Shown here piece after piece: positions 28,020 to 36,125 of a stretch of DNA of 64,000 nucleotides. Location of the stretch: the NCBI GenBank assembly GCA_038205175.1, contig JBBRCC010000007.1, forward strand, positions 3,810 to 67,809, written 5' to 3'. This stretch comes from Cytophagales bacterium. GTDB taxonomy: Bacteria; Bacteroidota; Bacteroidia; Cytophagales; Flexibacteraceae. The number at the start of each line of letters is the position of its first letter. Positions within the stretch are counted from its first letter, which is position 1. Under the pieces are notes generated by a model. That model was not told the origin of the DNA, did no database searches, and saw only the letters and a list, made by a program, of their open reading frames with translations. Both the position numbers and the translations under genes were made by a program.

Positions 28020-31000
28020 TTATTGCTTCATCCAAGGGGCTTGCAAAAGTACCTTTCCGTTTGGATCAAGAACTTTGATATGGTAAACACCAGCTTGCAA
28101 TGTGGATGTAGAAATTGAATTTCTGTTATTCAATAATTGAGCCGTTCTCAATACTTTTCCTGTAAGGTCGGAGATGAACAATTTTGAACCATTTAATTGT
28201 TCACCGGAAGCCCAAATGAAAATTTCGCCCTGGCCTGGATTCGGATACACCTCAACACCAGATTGGATTAATTTTGAAGCAGTTGAAACCGTGGTATCAC
28301 CCATGTTGGCACCGGCAGTTACATCACCAAAGGCAGTAATTCCGGTCATGGTAGCTTTGTTCAAATCTGTATCAATAGTTCCGTTTACAGTGCTCCAAGC
28401 TGTACCATTATAAAAAGAAGTGGCCAAGTTTGCTTCTACGCCAAATACATCGGCATCATCGTAGAGAACGCTTACATCAACATTTTGAGTAGTTGCTGTA
28501 CCACCTAAGGTTATATATTTCCTCAAATATGAAGGAGCTGATGCACGGCGGGGGTGAGGAGCATTTACCGGTTTTATGGTAAGCAAACCGGCTGGGGCAC
28601 TATTGACTGTTAGTTCAAAAAATCCTCTTCCTGTAGTTGTGCCTACCGGGAAAAGTGTGGTTGGAATTACCCGATCTACCTGAGCTGTGGCAGCTGTTCC
28701 AAGTCGAAGGTAGTTGTTTTGCAAAGCAGCCAATTGGCCACTTTCAACAATAAAGCTGCTATCGACTGTAGGCGAATTTCCAAAGGCAACTACATTGCCT
28801 GCCCCAGCCGCCACCTTAATGCTTGTGATGGAAGAAAGTCCTGTAGCTTCATTGCCTGTAGTAACCGAGTCTGTGTAAACTACATTGTATTTGCCTGAAG
28901 TATTTTGGAAGTTGCCAAGCATTTTGCCTTTCTTTCTTATTACTGTAGACCTTGGGTGCATGCTAACCCGCCCATTCACATTCAGGTCGCCTCCCGTGAG
29001 TTTAAGTTCATTGTATACTCTGAGCAAAGTATTGTTTGTAAATGCAGTAACTCCTGCAGGCCTGTCAATTTCCAATGTCCCAATGTTTCTGAATCCAGGA
29101 GGGAACGATAAATTACCAACAGTTCCATTGCCTCTTATAATTAATGTTGAAGCAGAGTCTGGCCTAAGTGCAGAGTTAGCACTTCCCTGTCCAAAGTATG
29201 ACATTGCCAGATTATTGTTAATAATTAAAGTTTGACCAGCGAAATCATAAAAAGCAGGTTGATTTGCCCCGGACGAAGATAAAAGGAAGCTAGAATCAAT
29301 TTCCACTGGCAACTGTTGAAAGAACCTGAAAGAACGGTCTCCCCGGTCTGTGAGTTGAATTCTTCCGATTTTATTGGTTTGGGAGCTTCCGGTAAAATAC
29401 ACAGTACGACTAGCCGGCACAAAGAAAGATGATTGAGATGCCAAAAAAGCAGGGGAATTGACTGAAATTGAGTCGAATATATTGGTTATGCCTCTAAGAT
29501 TCCAACGAATTGAGTCATTGGCAACCGTTTTTAAAGTCTTGATAAATAAGTTGCCAGTACCTTCTGCAATTATACCTGAACCGGCAAAAGTTGTGTTAAA
29601 GTATGTTGAGTCGTTTTGGCGAAATTCAAGGATTGAATTGTTGTTGTTTAATAATTTTCCGCCAACAATCAAGTTTACTTTAGTTCCAGGATTCCCGATA
29701 AATATTCTTCCGTTTCCTTCGAAAACCATATTTCCATTTACATTTATAGTTCTACCATTCATGGAATTGCCACATTGAAAAATAGAGCCGTTGTTATTCA
29801 CAGTCAGGTTGCCTCCAATTGTTACATCATTAGAGCCACCCAATGTTTTAAACCTGTCGAATCTGTCACCAGAAATAACGAGATGGTGGTAGTTGGTATT
29901 GAAAATTGGTTGGCTCGAACTTGCCCCATATTCAACTGTGTTTCCAACTGCTGTGGCATCAAAAATACCGGGATTACCATTGAAAATGCTAGCTGATGAT
30001 CGCAACCTGATGTGTCCATTAGGGCCTTGTACAAACTTTCTTTCAAAATTCCCATTAGGTCTGCCGCTCATATTTCTGGCAGCATCTAAATAGTGATTAT
30101 TTAATAGCACAATATTTCTAGGGTTGTTTATTGCACCTAAACGCACGGTATCGTTGGTTGAAATGCTACCAGTTCCCTGAATAATTAATGAATCTACATT
30201 GCACCAAAATGGTCCACCTAATGTTATATTCGAGTTATTAGTTAAACGAATTTTGTTTTGGTTTACTGCAGTAAATGTTAAAAGTCCGTTGGTATTAAAA
30301 GAACCATTGATGATCACATCTCCTCTGAATTCGGTGTAAAGCGTATTGCCACCTGAACCAGTAAAAGATACATTGCCGCCTGGGTGCAATGTAAACCTGC
30401 CGCCAACAACGTTTTGGCCACCGGAGTGCACATCATTCCAGGTTCCAAATACGTCCAGGTTCCCATTCACGATGGTACTGCTGGGATCACTTATTAAAAT
30501 GCCTGTATTGGCAATGGTTAGGTTATTCACACCTGCAAGCTCAATTGCTGAAATTCTATGCAAAACAATTACATTCGAAGAAGCAGGTGGTATGGCATTG
30601 GAAGACCAGGTGGAAGCTGTATTCCAATTTCCATTTTGAACAGAAAAGATTTCATTGATAGCCGTAGGAAACGCTGTGATTTCTCCAATGGTGTAATCCC
30701 CACTGATTTGAATATTGGAGGTATCGAATGAAATTTGATTGTTGCCTGCATTTATACTTGAACCAGTGGGATTCAAAGCCCAATTTGAAGTTGTTAGTCT
30801 GGCAATGGCGTTCAAGTCAGCTTCATTTACACCTGCAGGAATGCTAACGTCGCTATAATTTGCTGTGAAGGCAAAGCGGGTTATGTTGGTAATATTGACT
30901 GAGCGAATTCTCCAAAATGTATTTAACGCATTTCCTGTGCCGTTTGCAAGTGGATGACGGGAATCAATAGAAGCCAATTCAATAAAGCGGGAGTTGTCAG

Positions 31001-31997
31001 CTCCTGCAAGTGTTCCTTGAATTCGAGAAATTGTGATAGGCATATAACCTTGGCTGTTGCCAAGTGGATAAGTAGCCTGAAATGCTTCAATTGTGTTTCC
31101 TTGTTTAATAATTTTACCAGTCTGGCTCAAGCTAATATGTGCCGATACGCCAAAATTTCCCGATATGGTGCTTGACGGAGTTAATGTAAAATCCACATTA
31201 TTCAGCACTATTACACCAGCAAGGCTCACAGTTCCTCGGGTGGTAAGGTTATGATTCATGGCGAGGTTTGCACCATTTAAAGTTAAGGTGCCTATCACAG
31301 TTAAAGTTGAAGTACTTGTTTTAACTCCACCTCCCAATAATTCCAGGTTACCATAAGTGGCAGCCATGATATTTTGATTTCCGTTAGTATTGAATTTTAC
31401 AATGCTGCTTGGGTGAAAAGTATGCTCCCCAATTCCTGAAAAACCTCCGTTAAGAACCAGCGTTCCATTTTCGCCTACATTCAGTTGTCTGCGAACAAGA
31501 TTGTTGGTAACGCTATAATTTATGTTGCCATTGACTGTTAAAGTACCCGATCCAACATTTGCAATCACTCTTCTTACATTGAGCGCTGAGTTGGCCAAAG
31601 TCAAGCTGCCTATAGTAGCTGAGCCTGAAGCAACGTCAAAAAGGTTGATTTTATCATCAGCGGCAGGTGCATTTATAACCATTTGGCCTGAAACTGTGAA
31701 ATTGGTGCCGCTTTCAAGAGTCAAAGCAATGCTTTCTGTGGCGTCATTTGCAAAAACTACCCTGGTTGCAGAAACCGTTCCGCTCACGGTGATGGTAGCT
31801 CCACTGGCAATAACTGCAGTGTCGCTTGCTGCGGGTACAATTCCGCCGACCCATGAACTTCCAGTGGTCCATGCTCCGCCCGAAGTTGTTGAAGTGATGA
31901 CAGCTGCCAGTGATTGGATGGAAATGAAAATAGAGAGAAGGAATACTGATAAACTTATAATCGGTTTAACAGCCATTGTTGATTTAGTGTACGTCAT
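28020..31997 (-). CDS. 1325-aa secreted beta-helix-like surface protein with T9SS type-A CTD
   Basis: Signal peptide present. Thr/Asn/Gly-rich repetitive beta-strand sequence. Two G-x-W...W...[IV]P cap motifs. CTD VEVYPNPGQGEIFI...GVYHIKV. Confidence 0.75.
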   Translation of the reverse strand: MTYTKSTMAVKPIISLSVFLLSIFISIQSLAAVITSTTSGGAWTTGSSWVGGIVPAASDTAVIASGATITVSGTVSATRVVFANDATESIALTLESGTNFTVSGQMVINAPAADDKINLFDVASGSATIGSLTLANSALNVRRVIANVGSGTLTVNGNINYSVTNNLVRRQLNVGENGTLVLNGGFSGIGEHTFHPSSIVKFNTNGNQNIMAATYGNLELLGGGVKTSTSTLTVIGTLTLNGANLAMNHNLTTRGTVSLAGVIVLNNVDFTLTPSSTISGNFGVSAHISLSQTGKIIKQGNTIEAFQATYPLGNSQGYMPITISRIQGTLAGADNSRFIELASIDSRHPLANGTGNALNTFWRIRSVNITNITRFAFTANYSDVSIPAGVNEADLNAIARLTTSNWALNPTGSSINAGNNQISFDTSNIQISGDYTIGEITAFPTAINEIFSVQNGNWNTASTWSSNAIPPASSNVIVLHRISAIELAGVNNLTIANTGILISDPSSTIVNGNLDVFGTWNDVHSGGQNVVGGRFTLHPGGNVSFTGSGGNTLYTEFRGDVIINGSFNTNGLLTFTAVNQNKIRLTNNSNITLGGPFWCNVDSLIIQGTGSISTNDTVRLGAINNPRNIVLLNNHYLDAARNMSGRPNGNFERKFVQGPNGHIRLRSSASIFNGNPGIFDATAVGNTVEYGASSSQPIFNTNYHHLVISGDRFDRFKTLGGSNDVTIGGNLTVNNNGSIFQCGNSMNGRTINVNGNMVFEGNGRIFIGNPGTKVNLIVGGKLLNNNNSILEFRQNDSTYFNTTFAGSGIIAEGTGNLFIKTLKTVANDSIRWNLRGITNIFDSISVNSPAFLASQSSFFVPASRTVYFTGSSQTNKIGRIQLTDRGDRSFRFFQQLPVEIDSSFLLSSSGANQPAFYDFAGQTLIINNNLAMSYFGQGSANSALRPDSASTLIIRGNGTVGNLSFPPGFRNIGTLEIDRPAGVTAFTNNTLLRVYNELKLTGGDLNVNGRVSMHPRSTVIRKKGKMLGNFQNTSGKYNVVYTDSVTTGNEATGLSSITSIKVAAGAGNVVAFGNSPTVDSSFIVESGQLAALQNNYLRLGTAATAQVDRVIPTTLFPVGTTTGRGFFELTVNSAPAGLLTIKPVNAPHPRRASAPSYLRKYITLGGTATTQNVDVSVLYDDADVFGVEANLATSFYNGTAWSTVNGTIDTDLNKATMTGITAFGDVTAGANMGDTTVSTASKLIQSGVEVYPNPGQGEIFIWASGEQLNGSKLFISDLTGKVLRTAQLLNNRNSISTSTLQAGVYHIKVLDPNGKVLLQAPWMKQ

Positions 31998-32024
31998 TTT
32001 TAAAATTTAATTGGCTTGTGCGTG

Positions 32025-32032
32025 CAAATCTA
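32025..32032 (-). promoter_or_regulatory. Candidate -7 box (TAGATTTG) for the 1325-aa gene
   Basis: TAnnTTTG on the minus strand, 27 nt upstream of ATG 31997. Confidence 0.3.
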
Positions 32033-32138
32033 AGTCAAATTCAAAATATGCCATAAGTCGGTCAAACTAAATCATATAATTTCATTGATAATTAATGAGT
32101 TAAGGAATATTCCATTATTCGGACAGCTTTATAATTGA

Positions 32139-33065
32139 CTAAATATGAGCATTACTCGATTGATCTGTTGAAAAAATCAACTGTTTTTTTGCGTTGAAAA
32201 CCAGATCAAATCGTCCAACTGCAATGCCTGCCCACCCAACCTGATTAACGTACACTGGCTTGCCGATTTTATTTTTCAGTAGATCTGCTTTTTGAAGAAA
32301 CGTATGCGTATGTCCGCCTAAAATCAAGTCAATGTTTGTTGTGTTTGCAGCCAGTTTTTTGTCGTCTGGTTTCGGAGCACCTCTATAATCATAACCCAAA
32401 TGCGACAAGCAAATCACAAGGTTGCATTTCATTTCATTTTTAAGAAAATCTGCTGTTTGCTGCGCTTTCTCAATTGGGTTTAGGTATTGGGTATTGCCAT
32501 AATTTTTTCCAGCTACCAATCCTTGCAGTTCAATGCCTAAGCCAAAAATACCCACTAAAACATCATCTTTTGGGATTGTTGTGTAGGGTTTAGACATGGC
32601 TTTGATGGGTGTGTCTGAAAAATCGTAGTTGGCACTCACCATCTGAAATGTAGCTTTGGGTAAATTTCGAACAAGCCCTTCCAGCCCAATATCGAAGTCA
32701 TGGTTTCCAAAAGTGGCTACGTCATAGCCCATGTCGTTCATGAGTGTATATTCCAGCTCGCCATCAAAAAAGTTGAAGTAAGGTGTGCCTTGCCAAATAT
32801 CACCACTATCAAGTAGCAAAACCTGTTTTTCCTTATTTCTGATGGCTTGAATGTAGGCACTTCGTCTGGCCACACCTCCCAGACCTGCCAATTTGCCTGC
32901 ATCTGCCGGAAAAGGATCAATCCTGCTATGCCAATCGTTTGTATGCAAAATGGTGAGCGTTGAAAATCCACGGGCTTCTGCTTCGGGCCATGGCAAAAAT
33001 GCAGAAGCCCCAAGTGCTGTAATTCCTTGCAGAAACCTGCGTCTATTCCAATGTAATTCTTCCAT
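32139..33065 (-). CDS. Tat-exported metallophosphatase (UshA/5'-nucleotidase N-terminal catalytic domain only)
   Basis: Twin-arginine signal NRRRFLQG. Calcineurin-like motifs HTNDWH, GDIWQG, GNHDF and GGHTH. Confidence 0.8.
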   Translation of the reverse strand: MEELHWNRRRFLQGITALGASAFLPWPEAEARGFSTLTILHTNDWHSRIDPFPADAGKLAGLGGVARRSAYIQAIRNKEKQVLLLDSGDIWQGTPYFNFFDGELEYTLMNDMGYDVATFGNHDFDIGLEGLVRNLPKATFQMVSANYDFSDTPIKAMSKPYTTIPKDDVLVGIFGLGIELQGLVAGKNYGNTQYLNPIEKAQQTADFLKNEMKCNLVICLSHLGYDYRGAPKPDDKKLAANTTNIDLILGGHTHTFLQKADLLKNKIGKPVYVNQVGWAGIAVGRFDLVFNAKKQLIFSTDQSSNAHI

Positions 33066-33810
33066 CTATTTTTGATTGAATGGGTAAATTTCTGCTTCTG
33101 AGGTTTTTCCAATGGGTAATCAGGGCATCCCTCACAGCAATTCCAGTCTGAAAATACACAATAGGTTTCGACAGCATCAATAGGTTGTCGCCACCGTTTG
33201 CCAAGTAATCGCTAGTGAGTAGTTTGTAAGTGCTGTTAGGCTTCAAAGGGTCACCATTCACTTTTGGCTGGATTGCTTTTGAACCGGAAATTTTAAATGA
33301 AACTCCGTTCATAGGATCACCTCCTCTTGCGGCTACAAAATTGAGTAGTTTTTGCAACGAGTCTCCTCTAATTGAGAGGATAACCAATTCATTGTCAAAT
33401 GGCTGAAGTTCATACACTTTGCCCACTGTGACCAAACCCTGTTGAAGTTCAGGAATTCTAATGCCACCTGTTGTAACCAAACAAAGATCGGATGCAAATC
33501 CCTTTTCCTGCGCAAAAGCCATGAGCGATTCAGTGATCAGGTTGCCAAGTGTACCTTCAGGCCTGTCTTTTGTAAGCCTCATTGTTGCAAAGTTCACTGT
33601 ATCATTCATCTTTTGGTCTAGTAGAAGCTTGTAAGGAGCGATTTTTCTGAGCATCGCAGCATCAGGAACCTGAACCGTTCTTTGGTAAATAGTGTCTTGC
33701 CTTTGTGTGGTGCTTCCAATTTGTTTACCAGGATGGCATGAAAGGAGAAAACCAGCAAGAACGAAAATGCTTAAGTGGCCAAAAATCTGGAATGAGCAAG
33801 ATTTGAACAT
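33043..33810 (-). CDS. 5'-nucleotidase C-terminal (substrate-binding) domain lipoprotein
   Basis: Lipobox LLSC. LGNLITESL, TGGIR and SDYLANGGD motifs typical of the UshA C-domain. 23-nt overlap with the downstream metallophosphatase gene. Confidence 0.75.
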   Translation of the reverse strand: MFKSCSFQIFGHLSIFVLAGFLLSCHPGKQIGSTTQRQDTIYQRTVQVPDAAMLRKIAPYKLLLDQKMNDTVNFATMRLTKDRPEGTLGNLITESLMAFAQEKGFASDLCLVTTGGIRIPELQQGLVTVGKVYELQPFDNELVILSIRGDSLQKLLNFVAARGGDPMNGVSFKISGSKAIQPKVNGDPLKPNSTYKLLTSDYLANGGDNLLMLSKPIVYFQTGIAVRDALITHWKNLRSRNLPIQSKIDGRITLE

Positions 33811-33915
33811 TGGCGTAAAGTTAGCTTTTGTGTTTTTACCTCTTGTTAATCCTTTGTAAAATCAAAGCAGATTGTGGCCTTGGAAAGTAAATTTAGGCTT
33901 GAAATAAAAGCAACA

Positions 33916-34860
33916 TCAATCAAGATTATACTTCCAATACTTGGCAAGGGCGGTTGCATCGTCTTTCTCAAAGCCAATCAGGTTTAGTAGCCTAACAATG
34001 TTTTCCTGATAAAATTCTATCTCTGGCTTTTTCTTTTGAGCCTCAATAAAACAATTGAGTGCATCTACATAATAATTATTTTGCTCAAATGCCAGCCCTA
34101 ATCCGAACCAATCCATTGCCGAAAAATCATCGTCAGTTCCAGGGTAAATTAAAAATGGATGTTTTACAACATCGAGCAAATAATTGACTTCACCAGTGTA
34201 TGTTTCTTGATTCGACTTCACTGTAACAGCAAATTGAGTTTCTTTTCCTGAATTGTCCAGCAGTTTGATTGATAATTTTTTTTCTTGATCCAGCTTAAAA
34301 CTGGAGGAATATGAATTTGTCTGAAAATCAAACACTTTGGCTGTTGCTGGCGATTTATTCAATTCGCTTAATGTATAAATGGTGACAACCCCTGGCAGCA
34401 CTTTAGATTTTGAAGGTAATGCCAGAAATTTCTCCAGCATGCCACGTTCAACCCCCGCAGGATCGACAAAATACCGTTTATGGTGCCTGTAATATTGATC
34501 TTCTTCGGTATTAAAGTTCACCAGCTTTTCAAAAATCAAATCCAGATAAGCCTTTCCTACTGATTTTAGTGATTTATTTTTGAATGTGGCTTCAATTTGT
34601 TGTGAGGTGAATTTGCCTCCTTTTTCTAAAACTGTCGATTGATTGTTTTCATCAATTAGGGCTATGGATGCGCCATTTTCAAGTTGGATGGTAAAGTTGC
34701 CACAAATAGAAGTCCCGGTTTTGGGTGTAGTGGCTTTGCCATCTTTTACCACAGAAACATTGCCCTGCCTGAAAAGCACTTTGATGCATTTGTTTTGGGA
34801 AAAACCTGAAAATGAGAAGGCAAAAACAGCGACGAAAAGCGTGAAATAATGGTTTTTCAT
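33916..34860 (-). CDS. Hypothetical secreted protein (weak FecR-like beta-sandwich N-domain, TPR-like C-terminus)
   Basis: Signal peptide MKNHYFTLFVAVFAFSFSGFSQ begins at ATG 34860. The segment GNVSVVKDGKAT..GTSI..NFTIQLENGASIALID resembles the FecR-type sensor fold; this assignment is tentative. Confidence 0.45.
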   Translation of the reverse strand: MKNHYFTLFVAVFAFSFSGFSQNKCIKVLFRQGNVSVVKDGKATTPKTGTSICGNFTIQLENGASIALIDENNQSTVLEKGGKFTSQQIEATFKNKSLKSVGKAYLDLIFEKLVNFNTEEDQYYRHHKRYFVDPAGVERGMLEKFLALPSKSKVLPGVVTIYTLSELNKSPATAKVFDFQTNSYSSSFKLDQEKKLSIKLLDNSGKETQFAVTVKSNQETYTGEVNYLLDVVKHPFLIYPGTDDDFSAMDWFGLGLAFEQNNYYVDALNCFIEAQKKKPEIEFYQENIVRLLNLIGFEKDDATALAKYWKYNLD

Positions 34861-35909
34861 TTTTTTTGTGTTCGTTTTGAAAGGGGCTTGAAAAGGTTGA
34901 ATGCCTAAACGGTTCGAGGTTCTTTTCTGTTTCAATAATATCAAGATTGTACTTGTGGCCATTTTTCAAATCCAAATTTTATGAATCAAAAGGCTTAATA
35001 GCAGCGTTAAATGATCCAAATGACACGCCGAAACCATTGGTTTCAACTCTATTCAAGTTTGTTATTTGTTGAAAGAGCCCTAAAAAATGGATAAAGACCG
35101 AATCGCTTGCTTGAACTTTTTAAGAAGTGATTTCATGCCAAATAAAATCTTCCGGTGTTTGGCTGGTTTGTTTTAAAACTTAGAATAATAATGACCAGCC
35201 TTTGCAATCGTTGATCAGCATCTTTGTAATTACGCAATGAGCCTACCTGAGTTTTTAGGATATTCCCAACCGCCAACCAGCAACGCTAACTTCAAAGGAG
35301 TTTCTGTTTAGGTTATTATTGCTGTCAGCATATAAAATACCCATCGATCATTATTCGTGATTTTAGGTTTGTTTGCGAAAGTATTCAAAAACCTGAATTC
35401 ATACGCTGAAACAAATTTATAGTGTCGCTTTCAATAAGATTACAAATCGCTTTTTTACTTGCTTTCAATAAAATTATTAAGGTGTATTTGGTGGATTTGT
35501 AAGTTAGTATTCTGAAATAGTAGTTTTTAGTACGGTTTGCGAATTGCTTTTTTTGAATTTTAGTATCAATTTCTTAAAAAATATCACATCAAAACGGAGT
35601 ATTTTCTGAGTGAAATGGTTTGATTTTATTGTTGGTTGAAAGTTGAGTTTTTGGCCAAAGTTTTCATTTATTTATGGGTTTAAATTGTCTCTTCATTTCC
35701 TTAAAGTTAAAGAATAGTGTGCAGTTCCAGAGCACTAAAATGTACCCTTGGTATGCAGAAATAGTAATATTTAGGTTTGTGGGCGCAAGGGCTTAAGTCC
35801 CAAAGTTTTGATCTAAAACAAACAATTTGGCAAAAAAGCAGCTTGATTAAAATTGCCTTAAAATCGCCTCAATTACATTATTTCAACAAATAATATGATT
35901 TTTTTGATT

Positions 35910-35917
35910 TAATTTTG
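35910..35917 (+). promoter_or_regulatory. Candidate -7 box (TAATTTTG), the only TAnnTTTG match I found in the ~300 bp scanned upstream of the 2972-aa gene
   Basis: Motif match 208 nt upstream of ATG 36126. It would imply a long 5' leader. Confidence 0.2.
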
Positions 35918-36125
35918 TGATTTATATAACATTAAATATTACCTTCGTGATTATCAAAGGTCGAATTCAGCATTCGCATCTTTGGTAAATACAATTTTTG
36001 CAAACGCCTTTTGAACAATTCTCATCCTAACCGAAAAGGTCAGGAAAAGGAAGTTGAGGAAGGTTGTTTACTAAAATTGTTTCAGGCACCTTAAATGTTT
36101 TTTTTAACCCAAAGTTTCTAAAATT

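Noticed and set aside
31522-32010. 162-aa + strand ORF overlapping the 5' part of the 1325-aa gene.
   Set aside because: It is a shadow of the repetitive Thr/Ala/Val/Gly-rich coding strand. Its translation is low-complexity (A/V/L/P/T), and it runs through the real gene's promoter and start.
34981-36125. Small ATG ORFs in the long intergenic region (for example 35011..35094 at 27 aa, 35238..35309 at 23 aa, 35740..35793 at 17 aa, and the uORF 36096..36119).
   Set aside because: They are all very short, have no export or other motifs, and are of a length expected by chance in AT-rich DNA. They are kept only as context in the finding on this region.
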